From: an uncultured Actinomycetota bacterium
Lineage (GTDB): Bacteria > Actinomycetota > Actinomycetes > Actinomycetales > CAWJMD01
Reading direction: 5' to 3'
Assembly: GCA_963843835.1 (NCBI GenBank)
Contig: CAWJMD010000008.1
Span: 388,043 to 452,042, forward strand
DNA length: 64,000 nt
The notes under the pieces are model-generated. The model did not search any database, had not been told where the DNA came from, and was given only the letters and a program-made list of their open reading frames with translations. Positions 1 to 9,487 of the stretch are shown in pieces (the stretch's first letter is position 1; each line of letters starts with the position of its first letter). A program made the translations under genes and the position numbers.

Positions 1-501
1 GGACCACCTGGCCCTGGCGGACCTGTCGGGCCCCGAGGTGAGACGGGTCCTCCAGGGCGACGCGGAGAGCCGGGGCCTTCTGGTCCTCGTGGTCCGTCGG
101 GCGCGCAGGGTCCTCCGGGGTCGGTTGCCGGACTCCCCGTGGTGCATGAGCTCGTGCGTGACCACCCGCCGACCTGGGTGACGACGGGGACGTGGATCAC
201 GCTCGCTGAGATCGATGTCACTGAAGGTTCGTATGTCGTCACGGTCTCCTTCTCAGCGACGGCTCACGGTGACACGGCAGAGGTGCGGATGACCGCGAAC
301 AGCGACGTGCTCCTGCACGTTGTGGTGGGCTCGGCCGGGGGCGAGGAGCACCGGGTGGAGAGGGCCACAACCATGCGGAGCGATGGCTGGATCCGCTTGC
401 AGGGTAGAGGCTTTCACGGAGAATCCGCCACGCGGGGTGGGGTAGGGGTGGGTGGGATGCGGATGCTCGTGGCTCCGGTTGGGGCAGTGCGTACATTGTG
501 A
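1..501 (+). CDS. collagen-like (Gly-X-Y)n repeat protein, 5'-truncated by window edge, with ~120-aa non-collagenous C-terminal domain
   Basis: Frame 1 is open from nt 1. Nt 1-126 give 14 uninterrupted G-X-Y triplets ([42 protein letters not shown]), in frame with track ORF 139..501. Third codon positions are A/T-rich, unlike the rest of the window. Confidence 0.75.
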   Translation, partial: GPPGPGGPVGPRGETGPPGRRGEPGPSGPRGPSGAQGPPGSVAGLPVVHELVRDHPPTWVTTGTWITLAEIDVTEGSYVVTVSFSATAHGDTAEVRMTANSDVLLHVVVGSAGGEEHRVERATTMRSDGWIRLQGRGFHGESATRGGVGVGGMRMLVAPVGAVRTL

Positions 502-626
502 ATCGGGTGCATGCCTGAGCCAGGAGGCCACCGGCGGTCCGCCTCGGCGCCGTCGACATGTCGAGATCGGTGTCGACGAACAGCCTTGCAGGCCCGACCC
601 GGCCCGACGCGACGTATGCTCGGGGG

Positions 627-944
627 ATGGGCACGATCGACCGCGTCCTGGGTCGCTCACCGACCACGCACGCCGCAGCGCAGGCACAGGCGGCGGACGG
701 CGTCGTGATCTACTTCCGCGAGGGCTGTCCCTACTGCCTGACGCTGTCGGTAAGCGTGCGTCGGTACGCATCTCGCGCCGCCTGGGTGAACATCTGGGCC
801 GATCCGGAGGCCGCGGCGTTCGTGCGGAGCGTCAACGACGGCGACGAGACCGTGCCCACCGTGGTGATCGGCGGCGTCGCGCACACGAATCCTCGTCCCG
901 GCCTGGTCGCCGACGCCTTGCGGCGTCTCCAGCGCGTCGGGTGA
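627..944 (+). CDS. glutaredoxin-like protein / mycoredoxin (CPYC active site)
   Basis: Track ORF 558..944. VVIYFREGCPYC plus TVPTVVIGG is the thioredoxin-fold NrdH/mycoredoxin pattern. ATG 627 preferred by length; ATG 558 is also possible. Confidence 0.75.
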   Translation: MGTIDRVLGRSPTTHAAAQAQAADGVVIYFREGCPYCLTLSVSVRRYASRAAWVNIWADPEAAAFVRSVNDGDETVPTVVIGGVAHTNPRPGLVADALRRLQRVG

Positions 945-985
945 CCCCGTGTCGCGGGGAGACCTCCTCCCTGCGACACGCACTC

Positions 986-1414
986 CTACACGGGCCAGCT
1001 CGGATTGCTGCTGACGTAGGCGGAGTAGGGGCCGGAGATGTAGTTGTAGTCGTTCGTCTGGGCGTCGTAGGTGTAGTGGCGCCAGGTCACGCGGTTGGGA
1101 GTCCCGTTCGCGTTGGACTCGTGCATGTCGAAGGTGCACTCGTGCCAGGTGCCGTAACCGTGGCTGTTCCTGCACGAGCCCGAGCCCCCGCGCGACGTGG
1201 TGAAGGAGATGTACGCCGAACGACCGTCCTTCTCTGCGTCGTACACCCAGAAGTCGTCGCCGTTCTGCTCGAAGCACGACTTCACGTAGTTGTCCGTGGC
1301 ACACACCAGGGGTTCGCCGCCGGGCGGACCGCCGGAGTGCGCGGAGGCGGCGGGCGCCGCAACGAGGGGGAGGAGGAGGACACAGGCTCCAGCGGCGAGG
1401 AGTGGTGTGCGCAT
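986..1414 (-). CDS. secreted hypothetical protein (signal peptide, 4 Cys)
   Basis: Track ORF, 142 aa. N-terminus MRTPLLAAGACVLLLPLVAAPAASA looks like a Sec signal peptide with an ASA cleavage site. The mature part is Tyr/Asn/Ser-rich with 4 Cys. No family recognised. Confidence 0.6.
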   Translation of the reverse strand: MRTPLLAAGACVLLLPLVAAPAASAHSGGPPGGEPLVCATDNYVKSCFEQNGDDFWVYDAEKDGRSAYISFTTSRGGSGSCRNSHGYGTWHECTFDMHESNANGTPNRVTWRHYTYDAQTNDYNYISGPYSAYVSSNPSWPV

Positions 1415-1547
1415 CGACGGACCGTCCGTTCCGGATGAGGGTGCCCGAACGCTAGTGCGAGATGCGGGACATGTCCATCATTCCGGAAATACTGGATTCG
1501 TTCGGCCGGCCGACGGGTGCCCCGGCCGCCTTCGGCTTCCTGGCGGC

Positions 1548-2117
1548 CTACGCGCCGCCCGTCCTCGACCCGGCCTCGGCCGGCGCGGACGTCGCGAGGT
1601 CGAGCAGGGTCTCGCCCTCGAACGTGCCGAGGTCCTCGCGGTACAGCTCGATGCCGGACGCCGTTGGGGTCGCGGAAGTACATGCTCTCCTCGATCGCCG
1701 GCGTCGGGACCCGAGTACGCCATGCCCTGCTCGTCCAGGCGTGCGCGCAGCATGTCGTACTGCTCGCGCGGCACGCGAGATCGCGAGGTGCTGGATGCTG
1801 CCGACCGTCTCGGTGAACTCGGGATGGTCGTGCCCGGGAAAGTCGAAGAACCCCAACAGGTTGCCGTTGCCGAGGTCGAAGAAGAAGTGGCTGGAGCCGG
1901 CATAGTCGCGGTTCTCGACCAGCTCGACGAGGGGGAAGCCGAGCACCTCGGTGTAGAAGCGGATCGTCTCCTCGACGTCCTTGGCGATGAACGCGGCGTG
2001 GTGGATCCCGGCGGCGGTGGTGGTCGGGCGGTCCTCGCGTGGCCGCAGGTACCGCTCACGGATCTCGTCACGGCGGGTCCTGACGGCGTCCAGGTCGGCT
2101 CCAGTGGGCTGGGGCAT
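1548..2117 (-). pseudogene. VOC (glyoxalase/bleomycin-resistance/dioxygenase) family gene with three compensating frame shifts
   Basis: The 189-aa ORF has a VOC N-terminus (GIHHAAFIAKDVEETIRFYTEVLGFPLV, HFFFDLGNG) and C-terminus (GIELYREDLGTFEGE). The ~40 residues between them are Arg/Ala-rich nonsense. The expected motifs VPREQYDMLRARLDEQGMAYSGP and MYFRDPNG lie in the other two minus frames (ORFs 1478..2323 and 1282..1683). Shifts are near 1775, 1698 and 1655. Confidence 0.65.
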
Positions 2118-2118
2118 G

Positions 2119-3697
2119 TCAGGTGCTCCTCGCGGGGCTCGGCGGACGGCCGGCGCGGCCGGGGTCCCAGTCTGGCAGGGGCCCGTCGCGCCGCGACCTC
2201 AGGCGACGTGCGCCGGCGGCGGCCACGACGACGAGAGCAGCCACCGCCCAGCCCTGCCGGGCGGTGGTCAGGTCGTCGTGCAGCACGTACGCCCACCCCG
2301 CGGCGACGGGCACGGCGAGCCACTCAGGACGGCGTGCGAGGACCAGCAGCCCGACGAGGGGCAGCGAGTACCAGGGGTAGGCCGGGGTGGCCACGAGCAG
2401 TGCGGTCCCGAGCAGCCAGGTGGCGGTGTCCCACGGCCGCCGGGCGTCTGCCGTGCGCAGCGCGAGCGCCACAGCGACGGCTGCGACGACGAGCGCGATC
2501 GGCCACCGCGCAGCCAGCGGCACCGGCAGCAGCGCGATCACCCCGAACCGCGACCGGCCGTCGTCGAAGCCTTCCTCCACGACGTACGACGGCAGGTAGC
2601 CGAGCACAAGGGACCCGGCGACCAGCACGTGGGGCAGGTACGTGGCCGCCGCCGCCCCGACCGTGCCCAGCGGCACGAACAGCTGGCGCCGCGCGCCACC
2701 CGGAGCAGCGCGTCGCAGCACCGCGAGCGCCGGCAGCAGCAGCAGCGGCACCACCTTCGTCGCGACGGCCAGCCCGAGCAGGACGCCACCCACCACGCGG
2801 CCGCGCACCCGCTGGTCGAGCGCGAGCACGGCGCAGGCGCCGACGACCAGCGCGGTGGTCAGCACGTCGACGTGGGCGTTGTTGCCCGCCTCCACCGCGA
2901 CGACCGGCGACCAGCCCCACAGGGCGGCCCACCGCAGGTCCCGTCCGGTCCGCAGCAGCACACGACCGAGCAGGCCGGTCACTGCCACCGCGAGCGCCGC
3001 GGCTCCCAGCTGCAGCCCTGCCGTTCCGGCGCTCCACGGCGTCACCAGAGCGACCGCCGCGAACCAGGCCTGCGCGACCGGCGGGTAGATCGTGGGCACC
3101 TGCGGGCGGTTGACCGCGATCCGGTCGTCGTTGCGCGTCACCTGGCGCAGGGCCTTCGGGTCGGTGGGCAGGGGCCGGACGGTCCCGAGACCGCTGCTCT
3201 CGTCGGGACCCAGCCCGGGGAAGAGCAGCCGGGTCGCGGAGGGCGGCCAGCCGGTCGTCCGCCGGGGCGTAGCGGTACGGGGAGGTGCCGGAGAGCTGGA
3301 CCCTCCCGTCCCACACGTACCGGTAGGCGTCGGTGGACGTGAGGGGCGGCTGGGTGAGCCCGGGCACCTGGCAGGCGGCGGCGCCGAGCACCAGCACGGC
3401 CACGGCCAGCCCGCGGTGGCCGGCCGAGGGCCGCCTGCCCGACAGGCCCAGCGCCGCGGCGGCGGCGAACACCGCCCACGCGACGAGCCACCCGTAGGCC
3501 CACCCGCGAGGGTCGTCGGCCGCACTCCCCAGACGTGAGAGTCCGACCGACACCGTGACGCAGACCAGTCCGGCCGCGCCCCACCGCACGAGGGCACCCG
3601 TGTCTCGGCGGGTCGGGTCGCGGTCCGGCACGGCACCACCCTGCCTGCTCGCGGCAGCGGCGACGAGCGGGGGAGGCTCCGGACGGCGAGGCGTCAC
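2119..3697 (-). pseudogene. GT87/DUF2029-type polytopic membrane glycosyl(mannosyl)transferase, one apparent frameshift near 3229
   Basis: The N-terminal half is in ORF 2324..3871 (TDAYRYVWDGRVQLSGTSPYRYAPADDRLAALRDP). The C-terminal half is in ORF 2119..3639 (LLFPGLGP...NRPQVPTIYPPVAQAWF plus many TM segments). The join is cgc gac ccg [g] ctg ctc ttc. GTG 3697 is the proposed start. Confidence 0.65.
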
Positions 3698-3750
3698 GGT
3701 TTCGTCACCGCGGGCCCGGCCGGGAACCGCCTCGGTCTGCCTACGGTCGG

Positions 3751-5016
3751 GTGGTGTCGTCGATCCCGAAGCCCCTGGCGACCCTCGACCGCGAGGTCGG
3801 GCGTCGTGTCGACCGCCTGCGGAGCAGCCAGGCGCTGTCGTCACCGGTCCACGACGAGCGGGTGGCCGCACGCATCGGGGCGGTGCTGGGCCTGTGCTTC
3901 GTCATCTGCTTCGTCACCGGTGTCGTCAGCCACCTCCACCAGCACCCTGTCGCGTGGCTGCCGCTCGGCCCGAACCCGTCCTGGGGCTACCGGCTGAACC
4001 AGGGCCTGCACGTGGCCACAGGCCTTGCCTGCGTGCCGCTGCTGCTCGCGAAGCTCTTCGCCGTGTACCCGAACCTGCTCGCGTGGCCCCCGGTCCGGGG
4101 AGCGCTGCACGCCCTCGAGCGCACCTCGGTCGGGCTGCTGGTGGGCGCCGCGTTGTTCCAGGTGAGCACCGGCGTGATGAACATCTTCCAGTGGTACCCC
4201 TGGGGTTTCGGGTTCACCACCGTCCACTGGATCGTGGCGTGGGTGGCCATCGGGTCCGTGGTCCTGCACGTCGCGGTGCACCTGCCCGCGATCCGGCGGG
4301 GGCTCGCCACGCGCACGGACGCCGGACCGGTACGCCGGTCGTCGGCGGTCACCGAGTCCACCGAGTCCACCGAGACCGCCGGTCCGCGGTCGCCTGCTGC
4401 GATCGCCGACGCGGGGCGCACCCGTCGCGGCTTCCTCGTCGGCACCGGGCTGACGGTCGTCGCGGTCACGGTCGGCACGATCGGGCAGACCGTCGCGCCC
4501 TTGGGCTCCCTGGCCGTGCTGGCTCCCCGGCGCCCGGACATCGGCCCGCAAGGGCTTCCCGTCAACCGCTCCTCGGCCCAGGCAGGGGTCGGCACGTCGG
4601 CACTCGACCCCACCTGGTCGCTGGAGCTGGTCGGCCCCGACGGCAGCACGAGGCGCCTGGCCCGCGCCGCGCTGCTCGCGCTGCCGCAGCACCAGGCCGT
4701 GCTGCCCGTCGCGTGCGTCGAGGGCTGGAGCGCCAGCGCACGCTGGGGCGGGGTGCGCATCGCCGACCTGGTGGCGCTGTCGGGTGGTGGCACCGGCACC
4801 GCCGTCTCGGTCACGTCACTGGAGCAGCGGGGTGCCTACCGCCGGACGGAGCTGCCGGCCGCGTATGCCGCCCACCCCGACAGCCTGCTGGCGCTGCGCC
4901 TCGGCGACGAGGACCTCGACCTCGAGCACGGCTTCCCTGCGCGGATCATCGCGCCGAACCGTCCAGGGGTGCTGCAGACGAAGTGGGTCGCACGGCTCGA
5001 GGTAAGCCGTGGCTGA
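3751..5016 (+). CDS. molybdopterin-dependent oxidoreductase (sulfite-oxidase-like catalytic domain fused to N-terminal membrane domain)
   Basis: Intact 421-aa ORF. Has N-terminal TM helices with conserved His residues. The C-terminal part (VACVEGWSASARWGGVRIADL ... GFPARIIAPNRPGVLQTKWV) matches the oxidoreductase molybdopterin-binding fold. Confidence 0.8.
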   Translation: MVSSIPKPLATLDREVGRRVDRLRSSQALSSPVHDERVAARIGAVLGLCFVICFVTGVVSHLHQHPVAWLPLGPNPSWGYRLNQGLHVATGLACVPLLLAKLFAVYPNLLAWPPVRGALHALERTSVGLLVGAALFQVSTGVMNIFQWYPWGFGFTTVHWIVAWVAIGSVVLHVAVHLPAIRRGLATRTDAGPVRRSSAVTESTESTETAGPRSPAAIADAGRTRRGFLVGTGLTVVAVTVGTIGQTVAPLGSLAVLAPRRPDIGPQGLPVNRSSAQAGVGTSALDPTWSLELVGPDGSTRRLARAALLALPQHQAVLPVACVEGWSASARWGGVRIADLVALSGGGTGTAVSVTSLEQRGAYRRTELPAAYAAHPDSLLALRLGDEDLDLEHGFPARIIAPNRPGVLQTKWVARLEVSRG

Positions 5017-5482
5017 CGCACCGGTGGAGGGGGCCGCGCGGGCCGGCCGCGGAGCACGCCTGGCACGGCTGACGATCGGGGCGATCGGGCTGGCTGCGAT
5101 CACGGTGGGCCTGGTCCTGGCCGTGGTCGAGGTGCCGTCCGGCAGCAGGTTCGCGGTCGCGACGTGGCTCGTCGGCGGTCTCGTGGTGCACGATGCCGTG
5201 CTCGCTCCGGCGGCGCTGGTGCTGGGCGTCGTCGTTCTCGACCGCGTGCCTGCCGGCTGGCGTCCCGCCCTGCGGGCCGGGCTGCTGGGCGTCGGGTCGC
5301 TGGGGTTCCTGCTGGTCTGCCTCGTCGTGGCGACGGGGCTGAGGCGCAACCCCACGGTCCTGCCGCTCGACCCCGTCGTCGGGATGCTGGGTGCGCTCGC
5401 GCTGCTGTCCACGCTCGTGCTGCTGACGGCGGTGTGGACGGTTGACCGACGCCGGCACCGCGGCTCAGGCCGACTGGAGTGA
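5009..5482 (+). CDS. hypothetical integral membrane protein
   Basis: 157-aa ORF overlapping the upstream gene by 8 nt (coupled). Four or more hydrophobic segments. No family recognised. Confidence 0.6.
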   Translation: MADAPVEGAARAGRGARLARLTIGAIGLAAITVGLVLAVVEVPSGSRFAVATWLVGGLVVHDAVLAPAALVLGVVVLDRVPAGWRPALRAGLLGVGSLGFLLVCLVVATGLRRNPTVLPLDPVVGMLGALALLSTLVLLTAVWTVDRRRHRGSGRLE

Positions 5483-6716
5483 CCGCGCCGCGAGCAGCAC
5501 ACGCTGCGCGGCCCGCCACTCCTCGACGACGCTGAAGTCGTGGCGGACCAGCAGGTCCGTGAGGGCGCGGGCGCCCAGCCGCGCCCACGGGATCGGGGTG
5601 CTGGTCCGGCCGTCCTCGGCGCGCAGGACGACCCGGTCCCTGCTGTCGGCGTCGTCGTCGGGGTCGGCCTCGACGAGCAGCAGGCCACCGGGCCGCAGCA
5701 GGTCACGGCAGCGGTCCAGGATCGCATGGGGATCGCCGCCGATGCCGATGTTCCCGTCGGCGAGAAGTACCGTTCCCCAACGGCCTTCACCGGGCAGCCG
5801 GTCCTGGACGCGGCGCCTCAGCACGCAGGCACCGCGACGCGTCGTCAGCTCGACCGCGACCGACGACACGTCCACGCCGAGGGCGGCCAGGCCTCGTTCC
5901 GATGCCGCGGACACCAGACGCCCTGGGCCGCAACCGATGTCGATGACCGGTGTTTCGCAGCGACTGATCATCAGGTCGTCCACGTCGTCGGTGGGACCGG
6001 CCCACCGTGCCGCGTCGAGGGGCGTGTGGCGGCCCTGGTCGTCGACGAGCACCTGCTGTCCGGCGAGTGCCTCGTCGAACAGCACGAGCGGGTGCACGCG
6101 GCGAGCCGTCGTCTGCACCAGCCGTCGGTGGGTCGCCGCGAACCGGGTGCCGGGGTTGGCCCGCGCGACCTCGTCGGCGTCCTCCGGGGTGTCGACGTCG
6201 AGCAGCTCGGGCAGCAGCCGTACCCGCAGTCCGAGCCGCCGCAGTCGGTCGAGCTGGTCGGCTCCCGTGTGCGCGGTCGACATCGGCACGCCAACCATGG
6301 CGTCGGCCACCGGCCGGCGGAAGCCGATCGCCCAGTACCCCCCGTCGGCGCTGAGACCGAGCACCGCGTCGGCGCCCTCCCAGTCGACGTCCAGCAACGC
6401 CGGGGTGAGCTGGGGGGTGTCCATGCCGACGAGCAGCATCGGGCCGTGGCCCTCGACCGCGGCCGCGTCCTCGAACGCGGCCGCGAGCCGCTCGTCGAGC
6501 CCGTCCCCGCGCTGGGTCAGCACCTCGAAGCCCGCCGGCACCCAAGGGCCCGCGGACCCGTCCAGCACCAGGACCCGGCGGACGACGGGGAGCGATGCGA
6601 CGACGTCGAGGGTGTCGCCCAGGGCGGCAGCCGCGAGCTCACCGGCCTGGTCCGGGGTGAACCGTGCTCTGCAGCCGCGTCTTGACACGTCCGGGCAGCG
6701 GCTCCTTGGCGATCAC
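5465..6716 (-). pseudogene. DUF2064 (TIGR04282-like) domain fused to class I SAM-dependent methyltransferase; apparent frameshift near 6665
   Basis: ORF 5465..6688 has the DUF2064 core (LLVGMDTPQLTP, GLSADGGYWAIGF) followed by a methyltransferase (VIDIGCGPGRL, LLRPGGLLLV). The family N-terminus LLVIAKEPLPGRVKTRLQ sits in another frame, at the end of ORF 6639..7550. GTG 6716 is the tentative start. Confidence 0.6.
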
Positions 6717-6784
6717 CAGCAGCGTGCCCGTCCGTTCGGGCGGGCGACCGGCCGAGCGGTGGGCCGGCCGCCAGAGACGTCGCC

Positions 6785-7509
6785 TCACGACGCCAGCACC
6801 CGGCTCATGTCGCGCACGGCCCGGGCCGCGCCGAGCAGGGGTGCCGGTGACCTTCGACCGTCCCGAACGGGGCAGGTAGGCGACGTCGACCTCGCCGCAC
6901 GCGCCAGCCCGCGTCGGCGGCGGCGACGAGCATCTCCAGCGGGTAGCCCGACCGCCGGTCGGACAGGCCGCAGTCCGACCAGGGCATCGCGCCGGGCCGC
7001 GCGCATCGGGCCGAGGTCGTGCACCCGCACGCCCGGTGCGGCGGTGGATCCGACGGCACAGCTCGCGGTTCGCCAGCCGCAGGTGCCACGGCCACGCGCT
7101 GCGGCGTCGTCGGACGACGACGGCCCAGCACCAGGTCGGCCGTCCCTGTCGACCACGGGGTCGACGACCGCGCCCGAGGTGGCGGCGGGTCGAGTGAGCC
7201 GTCCGCGTCCATGAAGGCCACCACGTCGGCCGTCGCGGCCTCGAGACCGCGCGCGCACGCGGAGCCGAACCCCCGGACGGGAGCGACCACCACGGTGGCA
7301 CCCAGCCCGGCGGCGACGTCCGCCGAGCCGTCGACCGACCCGTTGTCCACGACGATCGCCCGATAGCCCTCGGGTATCCGTCCGAGCACCCACGGCAGGG
7401 CCTCGGCCTCGTCGAGGCACGGCAGCACCACGTCGACCGGCGCCTGCCGCTCCCCGTCCGGTCCGCCTGGCACGGGCCAGACGCTAGGCCCGGTCGGGGC
7501 ACCGGGCAC
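6785..7509 (-). pseudogene. family 2 glycosyltransferase (TIGR04283-like), about 8 frame shifts in its 3' half
   Basis: The N-terminal part is intact in ORF 6805..7824 (VDVVLPCLDEAEALP...AIVVDNGSVDGS...VAFMDADGSLDP). After that, recognisable segments hop between the three minus frames in this order: RHLG, AVVDPVV, TGTADLVLGRRRPTTPQR, SAWPWHLRLANRELCRRIHRRTG, VRVHDLGPMRAARRDALVGL, GLSDRRSGYPLEMLVAAADAGWRV, GEVDVAYLPRSGRSKVTGT, LLGAARAVRDMSRVLAS. The start (GTG 7509 or 7473) is uncertain. Confidence 0.65.
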
Positions 7510-7594
7510 CTCGAAGCGACGATGACGGTTCGTTGACGTGACCGGTCCACCGCCGGCAGAGCGGGCCGGCGGGGCCACCGGCGTCCGTAGGGTG

Positions 7595-8317
7595 ATGAGC
7601 GTGAGCGCCCGCGTGCTGATCGTCGAGGACGACCGCACGGTGTCCGACGTCGTGCAGGCGTACCTCAGCCACGCCGGCCTCGAACCGCGGGTGGTCGACG
7701 ACGGGATGGACGGTCTCGACGCCTGGCGCACGTGGAAGCCCGACCTCGTGGTCCTCGACCTCATGCTCCCGACCCTGGACGGGCTGGAGGTGCTGCGCCG
7801 CGTCCGGGCGGACGGTGACCGCACGCCCGTCGTGGTGCTGTCAGCGCGCGGCGACAGCGAGGACCGTGTGATCGGGCTCGAGGTCGGCGCGGACGACTAC
7901 CTGGCCAAGCCCTTCAGCCCGCGTGAGCTGCTGCTGCGCGTGCAAGGGCTGCTGCGCCGCGACGAGCGGCTGCGGCGCGCCGACCTGCTGCCCCGCCAGC
8001 TCGCGCGGGGCCCGCTCGCGATCGACACGGTCGCGCGGGCCGTGACGCTGCGCGGCGAGCCGCTGTCGCTGACGCAGCGCGAGTTCGACCTGCTCGTGTT
8101 CCTGGTGGACCACCCGGGTGAGGCCTTCGGCAAGCGCGACCTGCTGCGCCGTGTGTGGGGATGGGACTTCGGGGACACCTCGACCGTCGCCGTGCACGTG
8201 CGGCGGGTCAGGGAGAAGGTGGAACGGGACGCCTCGGACCCGCGCCTCGTGGTGACGGTCCGCGGCACGGGGTACAGGTTCGCCACCGACGCCGAGCTCG
8301 AGGGAGGGAGCACATGA
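7595..8317 (+). CDS. OmpR/PhoB-family response regulator
   Basis: Receiver domain (RVLIVEDD, DLVVLDLMLP, KPF) plus winged-helix DNA-binding domain (LTQREFDLLVFL, TVRGTGYRF). ATG 7595 preferred over the ORF start at 7538. Confidence 0.9.
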   Translation: MSVSARVLIVEDDRTVSDVVQAYLSHAGLEPRVVDDGMDGLDAWRTWKPDLVVLDLMLPTLDGLEVLRRVRADGDRTPVVVLSARGDSEDRVIGLEVGADDYLAKPFSPRELLLRVQGLLRRDERLRRADLLPRQLARGPLAIDTVARAVTLRGEPLSLTQREFDLLVFLVDHPGEAFGKRDLLRRVWGWDFGDTSTVAVHVRRVREKVERDASDPRLVVTVRGTGYRFATDAELEGGST

Positions 8318-9487
8318 CCGGGGCTCTGCTGACGGTGCTGGTGCTGACCATCGCCTCGTGCCTGGCCACGGGGCTGGTCGGCGTCGTGGTCCTCCGGGCG
8401 ATGCGCCGCCGCCCGATCACGGTCGTCCTCGTGATGGCCGTGCTCGTGCCGGTCGTCGCCGTCGCCGTGTCGGTCGTCGTCAACGTGCAGGCGATGTTCA
8501 TCTCGGTGCACGACTCGCAGGTCATGCTCGCCGCACTCGGTGCGGCACTCGTGACCGCGGTCGTGCTCGCCGTCGTCGTCGGTCGCTGGCTGGTCGCCGG
8601 GTCCCGGGCGGTAGGACGGGGACTGCAGGTGCTGGGCGCCGAGGAGGGAGCCGTCGTCGTCGAGGGCGGACCGTGACGACCTCTCGCCGAACCTGGCCCT
8701 CCCCGCCGAGCTGGCCGCCCTGGACCACGAGCTGAGGGCCACGAGGCAGCGGCTGGACGCGGCTCGGGCGCGGGAACGAGGTCTGGAGGCGAGCCGGCGC
8801 GAGCTGGTCGCGTTCCTCTCGCACGACCTGCGGACCCCGCTCGCCGGTCTGCGGGCGCTGGCCGAGGGGCTCGAGGACGGGGTCGTCGACGACGTGCCCG
8901 CGGCGCTCGCCCAGGTGCGCTCGTCCGTCGACCGGATGAACGGTCTGGTCGACGACCTCTTCGAGCTCTCCCGGCTGAGGGCCGACGGCGGACCGAGCGT
9001 GCGCTCGCTGGTCAGCCTGCGCGAGGTGGCCGAGGACATGGCCCGGGAGTGCGAGGAGCAGGCGCGCGCCTCGGGAGTGAGCCTGTGCGTCGAGGCGGAC
9101 GACAGGCTAGCGGTGCACGGCGTGCCCGAGGATCTGGCGCGGGCCCTCTCGAACCTCATCTCGAACGCGCTCCGCCACACCCGCTCCGGTGGTGAGGTGC
9201 TCGTGCGAGGTGCCCGGGACGCCGACGGCCGCGTCGTGCTGGCCGTGGTCGACGGCTGCGGGGGCATTCCCGCGCAGGACCTCGACCGCGTCTTCGACAC
9301 GGGCTGGCGCGGGGACCCGGAGCGGACACCCGGCGACGGGCGGGCGGGCCTCGGGCTGGCGATCGCCCGCGGTGTCGCGGAGTCGCACGCGGGCTCGCTC
9401 GAGGTGGCCAACACCAGTGAGGGGTGCCGCTTCGAGCTGGTGCTGCCCGCCGCGCCGGCCACGGACCGGCGCCTGGTCACCGGCTGA
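8314..9487 (+). pseudogene. sensor histidine kinase, reading frame broken at 8674
   Basis: ATG 8314 overlaps the regulator's stop (ATGA). The TM/sensor part ends at TGA 8674-8676. The next frame continues directly with DDLSPNLALPAELAALDHEL...LVAFLSHDLRTPL (H-box) and the HATPase domain of ORF 8894..9487 (NLISNALRHT, DGCGGIP, GLGLAIA). Removing T8674 restores one ORF. Confidence 0.7.
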
